The notes: a model not told the origin generated them from the sequence alone. A stretch of DNA of 32,000 bases from Synechococcus elongatus PCC 6301 (GCF_000010065.1 NC_006576.1:1-32000); one strand, 5' to 3'; shown: positions 1 through 12,823, counted from the stretch's first letter. Program-made: numbers and translations.

Positions 1-138
1 ATTTAAATCACTGGCATCAGCATTCGCAATATCATTGAGGTCAACAATACTTTCACCGCCAAACTCTTGTTGAATCGATTCAGCAATAGTTTGGGTAACG
101 CCTGTTTGAGTTCCGTAGAATAAGCCAATTTTGGCCAT
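1..138 (-). CDS. isiB: Flavodoxin IsiB, N-terminal part (gene runs off the left edge)
   Basis: Reverse-strand translation from ATG at 138: MAKIGLFYGTQTGVTQTIAESIQQEFGGESIVDLNDIANADASDLN, a typical flavodoxin N-terminus with FMN phosphate-loop TGxT-like sequence; directly downstream of isiA as in the isiAB operon. Not in the ORF track because it is truncated. Confidence 0.95.
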   Translation of the reverse strand, partial: MAKIGLFYGTQTGVTQTIAESIQQEFGGESIVDLNDIANADASDLN

Positions 139-322
139 GGTTCTAAGCTTCCAATTCTGAGATGTTTGTTTGGGGTAGGGTACATCCCTAAAGTCTGTGA
201 ATCAACTTTAGATAGCTTGATTGTTGTCTAATAAAAACTGATCACTGCATAAAGTGCTTTTAACGAATTTTTGAGAGGGATTTGCAGTGACTCCTAGCAG
301 AATCCCTCTCTTGCAGTTCAAC

Positions 323-1405
<1,083 letters not shown>

Positions 1406-1513
1406 TTAAGTTTTACGACGAACTCTAGGTATTCTAGCCGACATAGTGTTCATATAAGCTTCTTCTGACGAAAATTGAGCCCCTTACTCTTCATTGCTAT
1501 GCTCTACTTATCA

Positions 1514-1532
1514 GAAATTACTCTCAATAAAG
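1514..1532. promoter_or_regulatory. Second putative Fur-box-like element upstream of isiA
   Basis: GAAATTACTCTCAATAAAG, shares the TCTCAATAA core with the element at 1383-1401. Confidence 0.35.
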
Positions 1533-1608
1533 AGAAGGCTCCCAGTAACTTTCTGGATCTGAATTGTGTTTCGGGGCAAAGTGCGATCGACTAGAAGTCC
1601 TGTATTCG

Positions 1609-1733
1609 GCAGAATCAGGGGATGCAAACGGTTCTGACGATTGATGGCCCCCATAGTCTTGACCTCGATGATGAGGTCTGGGCTGAACCGGCGGATGAAC
1701 AGGGCGATCGCATTTGCCTGACAATCGCGATCG
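1609..1733 (+). repeat. 125-bp direct repeat, copy 1 (93% identical to 2446-2570)
   Basis: Hand alignment at constant offset 837 gives 9 mismatches in 125 bp; contains ATG at 1622. Confidence 0.95.
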
Positions 1734-1747
1734 GGGGACTAGACTGA
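1622..1747 (+). pseudogene. Truncated duplicate of the 5' end of the RNB exoribonuclease gene
   Basis: ATG 1622 translates MQTVLTIDGPHSLDLDDEVWAEPADEQGDRICLTIAIGGLD*, against MQTVLTIDGPSSLDLDDGVWAEPVDEQGDRICLTIAIAGVA... in the full gene. Confidence 0.85.
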
Positions 1748-1771
1748 AATCGTGATTGCAGTGCAAGCGTG

Positions 1772-2023
1772 ATGGCAAGTCTGACCGTTCGGAACCTGAA
1801 AGAGTCAGTGAAGGCGTCGTTGCGGCTACGAGCAGCTCGCAATCAACGCAGCTTAGAAGAGGAAGTCCGCATCATTCTGGAGCAGGCGGTAGAGCCAGAG
1901 GCTAGTGAGTTTGGGCTGGGGAGCCGCATTCATCAACGGTTTTTAGGTTTAGATGCAGACCAGATGGTCTTACCGGATCGTCCTGTCGTGACCCCAGAAT
2001 CCTGCTTTGCTGAGGATTGCTAG
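1772..2023 (+). CDS. Antitoxin, FitA/VapB-type ribbon-helix-helix
   Basis: MASLTVRNLKESVKASLRLRAARNQRSLEEEVRIILEQAVEPEAS..., FitA-like RHH signature; directly followed by a PIN toxin gene. Confidence 0.85.
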   Translation: MASLTVRNLKESVKASLRLRAARNQRSLEEEVRIILEQAVEPEASEFGLGSRIHQRFLGLDADQMVLPDRPVVTPESCFAEDC

Positions 2024-2025
2024 GC

Positions 2026-2481
2026 GTGTTTTTGCTCGATACCAACGTAATTTCGGAGCTGTTTCGACCAATTCCGAATCCAGCAGTGTTGGCTTGGTAT
2101 GACCAAACCCCAAAACGAGAACTGTTCTTGAGTGCAATTACGGTAGCGGAGCTTGATCAAGGCGTAGCGCTTTTGCCCGAGGGTCGGCGCAAAGAAGGTC
2201 TTCGAGCTGCTGTAACAACTTTGGTGGAAATGGATTTTCGCGATCGCGTTTTGAGTTTTGATCTAGAGGCTGCTTGGCAGTATGGCGTGTTGGTGGAGGC
2301 ACGATCGCGCCAAGGACTCTCGGTTTCAGTCAATGATGCTCTGATTGCGGCGATCGCCCTATCTCGGCGCTGTGTGGTAGTGACGCGCAATCAGAAAGAC
2401 TTCTGCGGAGTTGCAGCGCTGCAGATCTTCAATCCTTTTGAGGCAGCAGAATCAGGGGATGCAGACGGTTCTGACGATTGA
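2026..2481 (+). CDS. PIN-domain ribonuclease toxin, FitB/VapC type
   Basis: VFLLDTNVISELFRPIPNPAVLAWYDQ...LFLSAITVAELDQG...VNDALIAAIALSRRCVVVTRNQKDF; PIN acidic residues (DTN, AEL, ND). GTG 2026 preferred; the ORF track starts at TTG 2017. Confidence 0.88.
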   Translation: MFLLDTNVISELFRPIPNPAVLAWYDQTPKRELFLSAITVAELDQGVALLPEGRRKEGLRAAVTTLVEMDFRDRVLSFDLEAAWQYGVLVEARSRQGLSVSVNDALIAAIALSRRCVVVTRNQKDFCGVAALQIFNPFEAAESGDADGSDD

Positions 2482-2570
2482 TGGTCCAAGTAGCCTTGAC
2501 CTCGATGATGGGGTCTGGGCTGAACCAGTGGATGAACAGGGCGATCGCATTTGCCTGACAATCGCGATCG
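2446..2570 (+). repeat. 125-bp direct repeat, copy 2
   Basis: Offset 837 from copy 1; spans the 3' end of the toxin gene and the 5' end of the exoribonuclease gene. Confidence 0.95.
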
Positions 2571-3856
2571 CGGGGGTAGCGACGGCTCTGCCACATCTGG
2601 GAATCGAAGAATGCGTGGCACTGGCACGGTTGCAGTCGGTCTATCAAGGCACCCAGATGGTACGGGCAATGCTCTCGCCAGAACGGACTGAAGCATTGTC
2701 TTTGCTTCCAGGTGGGCCTCGTCCGGTGGTTTGTCTGCAAGCGTTGATCTCTCGACGGGGAGAGGTGCTGTTCTCGGAGTTCTGGGAAACCGAAGTTGAA
2801 TCTGTCGCCAAGCTCAGCTATGAGCAGGTCAATGGCGTTCTGGCTGGTAAGGAAGATCATGAACTGCGGGAAGTTCTGCGTTGGCTAGCGATCGCGGCTG
2901 GACGGTTGGATAAGAACCGGCGCGGCCTCTGGGGGCGATCGCGACAGGGAGAGTTCAGAGATGATTTGGGGTCAGTAATCACGGGCAAAGCGGAGCAGTT
3001 GATTGCTTCGACGGCGATCTTCTACAACCAGATGGCAGGCGAGAAGCTCAAGCAATCAGGCTTTCCGGCGCTGTTCCGGGTGCAAGACCCAAGACAGGAT
3101 GAGGCGATCGCGCCGTTGTTTGAGGAGCATGGTGGCAATCCAACGGTGTTAGCTCCGTTGATTAGTCACTGTTTGCCGAGAGCACAGCATCGCGTTAAAG
3201 CTGGGCTTCATTGGGCGTTGCAGTTGCCAGCCTATGCGCGATCGTCCAGTCCGCTGCGGCGCTATGAAGATTTGGTCAATCAACGGCAGTTGCTGGCGAT
3301 TTTGAGGGAGAGTCCTTCCTTCTATCCGCCAGAGCTATTGCTGGGGGTTTGCGATCGTTTGCAGGACAAGGCGACGGCGGAGGTGGAGCGGCAGAAGCAA
3401 AAGTCAGAGGAGAAGTGGCTGAGGGCAGCGTCTTCGGTCAAGCAACTAGAAACGGTGACAGAAGGACAGTTTTCAGCGGTGCTGCGACAGGTCTCGGTGA
3501 TTGGCTCGGTGCCGCCAGAGTTGGAGCAGCAGTTACGGGAGCGCTTGGAAAAAGGAAGTCTGACGCCGAAGCATGCGGCGCAGATTCTCTCGGAGGGGTT
3601 TCCTGCGGATCTGAAGCAGGGGTTGATCGACAAGCTCAGTCAGGGGGATCCGCTGCTCAATGGCCTGATGGTGCTCAATACGCTGGGGCAACTGATTGGG
3701 ACAGCTCCGCAGTTTGACTATGAGCCGGCGGAGGGGCAATGGTGTTGTCGCTTGGTTTGGCAGGAGCAACAGGTAGAGGCGATCGCTTCCTCAAAAGTCA
3801 GAGCTAGGGAACTGGCGGCACTGATGGTTCTCAAAGGAATTAGCGTGGCAGAGTAA
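2459..3856 (+). CDS. RNase II/R-type (RNB domain) 3'-5' exoribonuclease, lacking N-terminal cold-shock domains
   Basis: TIDGPSSLDLDDGVWAE RNB active-site motif near the N-terminus, later RRYEDLVNQRQL motif typical of RNB. ATG 2459 inferred from the duplicated copy; track ORF begins at 2411. Confidence 0.8.
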   Translation: MQTVLTIDGPSSLDLDDGVWAEPVDEQGDRICLTIAIAGVATALPHLGIEECVALARLQSVYQGTQMVRAMLSPERTEALSLLPGGPRPVVCLQALISRRGEVLFSEFWETEVESVAKLSYEQVNGVLAGKEDHELREVLRWLAIAAGRLDKNRRGLWGRSRQGEFRDDLGSVITGKAEQLIASTAIFYNQMAGEKLKQSGFPALFRVQDPRQDEAIAPLFEEHGGNPTVLAPLISHCLPRAQHRVKAGLHWALQLPAYARSSSPLRRYEDLVNQRQLLAILRESPSFYPPELLLGVCDRLQDKATAEVERQKQKSEEKWLRAASSVKQLETVTEGQFSAVLRQVSVIGSVPPELEQQLRERLEKGSLTPKHAAQILSEGFPADLKQGLIDKLSQGDPLLNGLMVLNTLGQLIGTAPQFDYEPAEGQWCCRLVWQEQQVEAIASSKVRARELAALMVLKGISVAE

Positions 3857-4004
3857 TTGGGAACGATTCAGTTGAGATCGATTTAGGGATATTGAGAAGC
3901 TTGTAACCTATTAACAAAGAGATAAATCAGGTTTGAATTGTGAGTGAAGACATCACTTCTATCGATTAATTCAGCTAATCATCCACTGTTATTCTTGCTG
4001 AACC

Positions 4005-4373
4005 TCATTCATTTTCATTGTTATTTAGATTAAAATCATCAATTCCATGCACATCTATACTCTCTTTGATTTCAATTGGTGTGTTTGGATTCTCCCTGAC
4101 TTCATTGCGAACCCATTGATTAGCATCGAATGCTAACTTTTTTAGGACTATGATCGGTGTTTTTCTGTTCTCAGCAACTGCGCAATGAACCACATAATCA
4201 TGGTCTGCTGATAAGCTTTCTAATACTGCAACTGGGGTTTGGATGTTCCCTGCAACGGATGCTCGAACACTAACAAGCCTTGATTGTGCTAACTCTGTCA
4301 ATCGCCCAAGAGATGTAGTCTTCCTCTCTGCCTCAAGGATGAGTGCTTCTTCGTTTAATTTAGATTGATGCAT
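4005..4373 (-). CDS. HEAT/leucine-rich-variant (LRV)-like repeat protein
   Basis: Repeats of the form LTELAQSRLVSVRASVAGNIQTPVAVLESLSADHDYVVHCAVAENRKTPIIVLKKLAFDANQWVRNEVRENPNTP; start at MHQSKLN (4373). Confidence 0.6.
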   Translation of the reverse strand: MHQSKLNEEALILEAERKTTSLGRLTELAQSRLVSVRASVAGNIQTPVAVLESLSADHDYVVHCAVAENRKTPIIVLKKLAFDANQWVRNEVRENPNTPIEIKESIDVHGIDDFNLNNNENE

Positions 4374-5101
4374 GGCGATAATCATGATTTGAGAACAAAA
4401 CTAACAGGGTAAGCTTGAATTAATAAGCCTTGTCTTATATGAGCGATCTCTGAGGGTACAATCTCTAAATCCTTGAACTTAATCACTGATGAAGAAGGGT
4501 ACTAACGATTAGTAGAAAAACTACTACACACTTCAGGGCCGCTGTGGTTGAAAAGCCGGTATTCAGGGGATGTTGTGGGCGATCGCCGAGTGCTATCTGC
4601 CCTACTCTGATGGTTGAGGACGCCTCTTTGAGTCGATTTAGGGGTGTGCTTTAGGAAATGCAGCTGCTCTACATCACTAGCATTGAGCGCATGTCGTTAG
4701 ACACCATCACGCGCCAAACTTGCTCAATAGCCCAGCTTTTACTTTGGCATTGATTGTGGTAGTTCTTGCTCTGAGGCTCGGCCCCAACTCGCACAGAACC
4801 ACAGCCAAACCGAACAGTCGAGGATAACTACCAAGCTTGCTTAGCATCAGAGAGGCGGTTATCGACCCTTGTTGAATTGAAGTTGCCAGGGTCTGTCTGT
4901 AAAAACGGGGGAATAGAGCGGGAACTCATTGCAGAACGAACTAGAGCAAAGTTGAGGCTGCAAAAATTCCTCAACAGTAGCTCCCACCTAAAGATGTAGT
5001 TAGAAATCTGGGAGTTTCTATCCCTACCCTCTATCGCTAGATTCCTGCCTCCTCTCGCCCTTAGTGTGTATTTCCCCCTTGTCTCTGGTCGCCCCACAGT
5101 C

Positions 5102-5178
5102 TACAAAAATCCCAGCTTCTTTGCCCCTACTATTCCAGGATGATTGGATAGCGAGTTCAGAAACCGGGATTTTTGTTT
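5102..5178. repeat. Imperfect inverted repeat (CAAAAATCCC ... GGGATTTTTG)
   Basis: Arms 5104-5113 and 5166-5175 are exact reverse complements; extended homology AGAA(A/G)C(C/T)GGGATTTTTGT. Confidence 0.7.
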
Positions 5179-5288
5179 AGCCTGCTAATAGTTTGTTAAA
5201 CTCAAATGTATATGTTGGGTTATGCTAGTGCTACATTTAACCTACCAAGACTCACACAACCAAAGCTGACAGACCATCAAGCTAGCCT

Positions 5289-6608
5289 CTAGGACACCCA
5301 AGTAGATTTGGGCATGAGGCAGTGGATATGGTAAGCCCCCGATTCCATACGGCCAATACGGGCATCCAGTGCCAAACTCGCTAGGGAGTAGGCATCCAGC
5401 GCTGTTAGCCTCTTTTCGTCTTTGATGCGATTAATCAGCGCTAGCGCCGCTTGGTTCATGGCTTCCATCGCATCGGCGTTGACCGCATGGGTAACGAAAT
5501 CTGTGCGGCTATCCTTCATCGGCAGCGAAGCCATGGCGGGGCCGTTGGTTTTAGGCAGCATGCAATACACACCCTTAAGCTGATTAACGACCTCGGCTAC
5601 CCGAATATCACCATAAGTGGCCATGTAGCGGCGGGCATCTCTGCTATTCAGGCCCTTCCATTCCGCCAGAAACTTGATCGTTTCCTCTTCCATAATGCGG
5701 ATGGCCGTGTTCATATCGCGGTCGTAGCCCACGGTCATCCAATGGGTGTCAGATTCAATTCGGGGCCAAGACAGAGGCTTTTTCTTGATTACTTCTACTG
5801 TGAGGTTGAGTTCGTTGAAGGCCGACTCTACCGCTGTCAGGTTGATTTCGCCGTTGCCCTGCACCGCGTGGGAGTCGCCCGACCATAGCAGTGCCCCTTC
5901 CACAAACACAGGTAAATAAACTGTTGTTCCTTCTACCATTTCCCGGCAGTCCATGTTGCCGCCAAAGGGGCCAGGAGGGACGGTGCTGTATTGGCCGCTC
6001 TCGGCGCGGGCTACACCCAAAATGCCGGGGAAGGGCCGCACCGGTAGCTCGATACCGGGTAGAAATTCGGTCTTGCCACGGGCCATATCCAAGTAAAAAT
6101 ACTTGGCCTGAGGTTTAGGGAAAAGCTTGGGAAATTGACCCAAACCTAACTCACCCGGCAGGTTCCAGTTGCAGCCGTAGGTGCGGGGAACAATCCGGTT
6201 AATTTTTACCTTGAGCACGTCGCCCGGCTCGGCCCCTTCAATAAATACAGGCCCAGTAATGGTGTGAGGGCCACGGCCAGGGTTATCAGCCCGCAGGCGA
6301 GTGATTTCCTCAATGGAAACGCCAGGGAGCACTTGGTTTTGGGAGGCCATCATCGTTTCGAGGATGATGGTATCCCCCGACTTAATACGGGCGCGGGGGG
6401 GTTCGGCATTATTGAACCAGCCCCACTGCACGGTTTCATCGGTAGCAGGCAGGAGATAAACTCCTCCTTGATACTGGCCCACAAAGCCTTCCTTCAGCGC
6501 GATCATTTCCTCACGCTTCTTCTGGGCCTTGGACTTCGAGGGACGCAGCACAGCTGCGGCTGCAGCCGTCGCAGCAGCACCTAACAAAAAATCACGACGT
6601 TTTGCCAC
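5289..6608 (-). CDS. Acetamidase/formamidase family protein with Tat-type signal
   Basis: MAKRRDFLLGAAATAAAAA (twin-Arg), then PGRGPHTITGPVFIEGAEPGDVLKVKI, GCNWNLPGELG, GGNMDCREMVEGTTVYLPVFVEGALLWSGDSHAVQGNGEI, all FmdA/AmdA family motifs. Confidence 0.9.
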   Translation of the reverse strand: MAKRRDFLLGAAATAAAAAVLRPSKSKAQKKREEMIALKEGFVGQYQGGVYLLPATDETVQWGWFNNAEPPRARIKSGDTIILETMMASQNQVLPGVSIEEITRLRADNPGRGPHTITGPVFIEGAEPGDVLKVKINRIVPRTYGCNWNLPGELGLGQFPKLFPKPQAKYFYLDMARGKTEFLPGIELPVRPFPGILGVARAESGQYSTVPPGPFGGNMDCREMVEGTTVYLPVFVEGALLWSGDSHAVQGNGEINLTAVESAFNELNLTVEVIKKKPLSWPRIESDTHWMTVGYDRDMNTAIRIMEEETIKFLAEWKGLNSRDARRYMATYGDIRVAEVVNQLKGVYCMLPKTNGPAMASLPMKDSRTDFVTHAVNADAMEAMNQAALALINRIKDEKRLTALDAYSLASLALDARIGRMESGAYHIHCLMPKSTWVS

Positions 6609-7098
6609 TGATGAAAACCAATAAACAAACCGAAAATACGGGAGTTAATTATTTGTTAAGGATTGCTGCGGGTGTGTAGCTTTTGTTACGTTTGCACTTC
6701 AATTCTGACAGTCAGAGATCATTTGCTGTCCGCCTAGGTTGCCCCATGCGGCTATCGTTGGATTTTTGCTTCCTCTCGCTCTTAAAGTACGATTTTCTCC
6801 CTTTTCTCTGGCCTCCCGTTTAGAAGAAGCCAATAATTGGGTCTTGCCCAACCACTGCTCGGCTAGTTAGCAATGATTCAAAAACCGTAGTGCCAGATTG
6901 GCTACTGAAGCCAACCCATAATCCACTCAAGGGGAAAGCAAGTGAAGATTCAGCGAGCATAGAAACCGTTAAACCGCAGGGCAATCATCTCATTCCCCCG
7001 TGACGAGCTTCTGAACTACCAGCCTGTTCTACTTGCCTCCATCATTTAGCCCTTGCCCTGGGGACTAAGATAGCGTCATTGAATTCTGTACAGGAATC

Positions 7099-7659
7099 AT
7101 GAAGGGTGGGGCTAGGGCAGGAGCGGGTCGCCCAAAAGGTAGCGGCAAGTATGGCGAACCGACCAAAGCCGTTCGTCTACCCCTGAGTGTGATTGAGCAA
7201 ATTCCCCAGATCCTAGAACAGAGATCGTCCAGAACCACTCTGAGCGAGGTCTATCGCCCGCAACGCGGTGCGGTTCTAGAACTGCCGCTCTACCAAATGC
7301 CAGTCTCAGCAGGTTTCCCTTCCCCTGCCGATGACTATATTGAGCAACGACTAGACCTGAACCGGCATCTGATTAAGAACCCCGCCGCCACCTTCATGGC
7401 ACGGGTTTCGGGCGATTCGATGATTGGGGTAGGGATCCACGACGGGGACGTGATTATCGTGGACCGTTCCCTCGAACCCCGCGATGGGCAGATTGTGATT
7501 GCAGTCTTAAACGGTGAGTTAACCGTGAAGCGTCTACGGCAAGAGCGGCAACGACTGTTTCTGCAAGCCGAGAACCCAAATTACCCCGACCTTGAGATTA
7601 CGGATGCCAGTGCCTTTCAAATCTGGGGTGTGGTCACCAATGTCATTCACGCCCTTTGA
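7099..7659 (+). CDS. umuD: UmuD-like S24/LexA-family autoprotease with N-terminal extension
   Basis: [63 protein letters not shown]...; Ser (GDSM) and Lys (TVKRL) catalytic context. Confidence 0.93.
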   Translation: MKGGARAGAGRPKGSGKYGEPTKAVRLPLSVIEQIPQILEQRSSRTTLSEVYRPQRGAVLELPLYQMPVSAGFPSPADDYIEQRLDLNRHLIKNPAATFMARVSGDSMIGVGIHDGDVIIVDRSLEPRDGQIVIAVLNGELTVKRLRQERQRLFLQAENPNYPDLEITDASAFQIWGVVTNVIHAL

Positions 7660-7715
7660 CAGAAGCGCAATCATCACGGTCTCGATTACGACACTGCCGC
7701 CAACGAGAGCTTGAG

Positions 7716-8972
7716 ATGTTCGCCCTGATTGACTGCAACAACTTCTACGTCTCTTGTGAACGAGTATTTGATCCCAAGCTGCAGGGGCAGCCTGTCGTTG
7801 TCCTCTCCAATAACGACGGCTGCGTGATTGCTCGTTCTGCAGAAGCAAAAGCTCTAGGGATTCCCATGGGGATCCCCTTCTTCAAAGTCAAAGACCTGAT
7901 ATCACAACATCAGATTCAGGTCTTCTCCAGCAACTACGCCCTCTACGGCGACATGAGCCAGCGAGTGATGCAAACCCTGGCAACACTCTGTCCTGATCTA
8001 GAGGTCTATTCCATTGATGAAGCCTTCTTAGACTTCTCAGGATTTCAAGCCCAGCCCCTGCAGCAAGGTCAATTGATTCGTCAAACCGTCGGGCAGTGGA
8101 CAGGCATCCCCGTCTCGATCGGCATTGCTGCCACCAAGGTACTCGCCAAAGTAGCCAACAAACTCGCCAAGCAAAATGGTGGTGTCTTTGTCCTGTCGCC
8201 ATCAAAAGTGCAAGCCGTCCTCATGACTCTGCCCGTTGAAGAAGTTTGGGGCATTTCCAGTCGTTGGGGTCAGCGGCTTCGGGCTTTGAACATCAGTACC
8301 GCCGCCGAACTCCAGGCCACTAACCTTAATCTGATGCGTCAGCAGTTCAACATAGTTCTCGAGCGGATTGTGCGAGAGCTACGGGGGGAATCCTGCTTAC
8401 CCCTCGAATCCATTGTCAATCCGCAGCAAAGCTTGGTAGTCTCTCGTTCCTTCGGGCAGCCAATTACAACGCTGCCAGAGCTTAAACAAGCCGTAGCGAC
8501 CTACGTCAGTCGAGCCGCCGAGGAACTACGGAGCCGGCAACTAACGACCAGCTATCTAACCGTCTTTGTAAGAACAAATCGGTTTCAAGAGAACTATGAA
8601 GCGCCCAATGCTAGTCAGGGCTTACTCACGCCCACCAATCACACGGGGAAATTACTGGAAATTGCCCTGCGTTGCACAGAATCGCTCTATCAACCAGGAC
8701 GAGCCTACAAGAAAGCTGGAGTCCTGTTTCAAGGGTTAGGGTCAGCGCAGTCAATCCAGCAGAGCCTGTTTGAGGAGTCCGACAGCGAGAAAGGAGCAGC
8801 GCTGATGGTGACGATGGACCGGCTTAACCGGCGGTATGGTCGGCAGTCCCTGCACTATGGAGCCACAGGAACTCGACAACCTTGGGCCATGCGCTCCGAC
8901 CAGCGATCGCCGCAATACACAACTCGATGGCAAGACTTACCCGAAGTCCATGCAAGAGCTCGAGAGATTTGA
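7716..8972 (+). CDS. umuC: DNA polymerase V catalytic subunit UmuC (Y family)
   Basis: [52 protein letters not shown]...[13 protein letters not shown]; ATG 7716 chosen over the track start 7656. Confidence 0.96.
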   Translation: MFALIDCNNFYVSCERVFDPKLQGQPVVVLSNNDGCVIARSAEAKALGIPMGIPFFKVKDLISQHQIQVFSSNYALYGDMSQRVMQTLATLCPDLEVYSIDEAFLDFSGFQAQPLQQGQLIRQTVGQWTGIPVSIGIAATKVLAKVANKLAKQNGGVFVLSPSKVQAVLMTLPVEEVWGISSRWGQRLRALNISTAAELQATNLNLMRQQFNIVLERIVRELRGESCLPLESIVNPQQSLVVSRSFGQPITTLPELKQAVATYVSRAAEELRSRQLTTSYLTVFVRTNRFQENYEAPNASQGLLTPTNHTGKLLEIALRCTESLYQPGRAYKKAGVLFQGLGSAQSIQQSLFEESDSEKGAALMVTMDRLNRRYGRQSLHYGATGTRQPWAMRSDQRSPQYTTRWQDLPEVHARAREI

Positions 8973-9021
8973 ACAAGCGAAGCAGCTATCTGAAATCTCA
9001 TGTATTGAAAGAGGAAAAGTC

Positions 9022-9786
9022 ATGCAGAGCCAGCAAGTACTACCAGTCGATCAGCGATTTTTCAACGATGGAGCTTGGTACGTTTTGAGCTCAACTAGCT
9101 TGGGGAATAGCGGCTTAGAACCCAGCCAGATTGTTGGGCAACTACAGGGAGATATCGAAGCAATCCAAGCACTGATGTCAGCAGGAACTTGCCTGCCGTT
9201 ATTCTTTCCAGGGGACTGCGCCTTGGATCAAGTCATCATTGTGGTAGGTGACCTGACAGCTGAACAAGAGCGTGAATGGCTGGGTCGCATCCAGAGTTAT
9301 CTGCATATTCCTTGCGGAGAATTGATGCTGTTGGGTGGTGGTGGCTGCGAGGAAGATTGGAAGATCGCGATCAATCACCAAATTCCACCGAGTCCACACC
9401 TTTTTAACTTCCAAAAATTTACCATTCCACCGGGTGATTACCTAGTCGAGATTTATGCATTTCTAGGGAGCATGAATTTTAACTTCCAGTTAGAAGAGAT
9501 TCCCAAGAGGAAATGGCAGCAATGGTTCCACCTGCAAGATACTCCGAAGGCTGAACAACCAGAGTGGTTTAAGTTCTTATTAGAGAACGACTATATCGAT
9601 AGCGATCAATTTGATCTTCAGGAGTACATTATCCGTCTGAGCCCGTTGCAAGAAAGACCTCCATTACCAGCGCTAGATGAAGAAGTTGCTTGGTGTGGGC
9701 TTTATCAATTCCGTCAGCCAGCAGACTGCCCCATGGGTATTTCTCGATCTCAGTTATTGGCGCAGGCCTCTGCTAGCGATCTCTAA
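9022..9786 (+). CDS. Conserved hypothetical protein
   Basis: Open frame from ATG 9022 (MQSQQVLPVDQRFFNDGAWYVLSSTSLGNSG...) to 9786; coding-like composition; family not recognised. Confidence 0.65.
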   Translation: MQSQQVLPVDQRFFNDGAWYVLSSTSLGNSGLEPSQIVGQLQGDIEAIQALMSAGTCLPLFFPGDCALDQVIIVVGDLTAEQEREWLGRIQSYLHIPCGELMLLGGGGCEEDWKIAINHQIPPSPHLFNFQKFTIPPGDYLVEIYAFLGSMNFNFQLEEIPKRKWQQWFHLQDTPKAEQPEWFKFLLENDYIDSDQFDLQEYIIRLSPLQERPPLPALDEEVAWCGLYQFRQPADCPMGISRSQLLAQASASDL

Positions 9787-10342
9787 CTCTTGGGAACTAG
9801 ATCCATCCCGTATACGCATGACTTAAAGAGTGCTTGAGTAGAGCTTTCTCTCACCTTTAACAGACAATTTTCCTAGAAAAAACACACTCAATACATTGCC
9901 ATTGATGGACTATTCACCTGACTCATGCTTCCTAAGTCTAGGGATCTCGATGGCAGGGAACTCTATGGTGTGGATAGAGGGCAAGTGAGAGTCGATAGCC
10001 GGATTCTCAGTACTAGTTTAAAAAAGTCTCAATGATCTTTTCTCCCCTGCCGAGGCCAAGGGCTGATTGAGACCATTCAGCAGAAAACTGTACAGCAAGT
10101 AGAGGGTTATAGAGGACTTGTTACAGCATCCAACACTCCTGCTGTTCCCTGAGCCCTTAATCCCTTCTCTCCACGGGGGAAGGTGTTCTTCTGACCCCTG
10201 GACCTGTCCTAACTCATTAGCCATGAGCAAAATAAAATCCGGCCAAGGAGCTGCTAACCACTCAGGGCTAGCCATCACTCCTTAACCGGATTGTTGAAAC
10301 AGACTTAGCACGATCGCGGATTAATGCGATCGCTTCAGCTCA

Positions 10343-12227
<1,885 letters not shown>

Positions 12228-12229
12228 GG

Positions 12230-12823
12230 TTAAGCCGTGGCTTTGAGGGCGCGGCGATCGATGACGCGATCGATCAGGCCGTATTCAACCGCCTCACTCG
12301 CGGACATGAAGAAGTCGCGATCGGTGTCATCTTCAATGCGGCTGAGGGGCTGGCCGGTGCGCTCCGCCAAAACCTCGTTCAAGTTCTGCTTGATGTAGAG
12401 GATTTCGTTGGCTTGGATTTCGATGTCCTTAGCCTGACCTTGAGCACCACCCAAGGGTTGGTGAATCATGATCCGCGAGTGGGCCAAGCTGGTGCGCTTA
12501 CCTTTGGCTCCGGCTGCGAGCAGGAAGGCGCCCATGCTGGCAGCCAGCCCGACACAAACGGTCGAGACATCCGGTCGGATGTGGTTCATTGTGTCGAAGA
12601 TACCCAGTCCGTCATAGACCGAGCCGCCCGGCGAATTGATGTAGAGGTAGATATCTTTCTCGGGATCTTCCGCTTCGAGGAACAGCAACTGCGCCACGAT
12701 ACGGTTGGCGACATCAGAGGTGACAGGCTCGCCCAAGAAGATAATCCGCTCCCGCAACAGACGTGAGTAGATATCAAAGGCGCGTTCGCCCCGTCCAGAT
12801 TCTTCGACGACGATGGGGATCAT
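12230..12823 (-). CDS. clpP: ATP-dependent Clp protease proteolytic subunit
   Basis: 197 aa; [51 protein letters not shown] catalytic Ser/His motifs. Confidence 0.97.

Noticed and set aside
3-185. Track ORF 3..185 on the minus strand
   Set aside because: Overlaps the well-supported isiB 5' end (start at 138) in a different frame; only the first few residues coincide with leader sequence.
5451-6584. Plus-strand ORFs opposite the acetamidase gene
   Set aside because: Shadow frames of a well-conserved gene.
7060-7098. LexA/SOS box upstream of umuD
   Set aside because: TTCTGTACAGG is partly palindromic, but it does not fit the cyanobacterial RGTAC-N3-DGTWCB pattern well enough to annotate.
12413-12766. 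Plus-strand ORF opposite clpP
   Set aside because: Shadow ORF of clpP in a high-GC gene.
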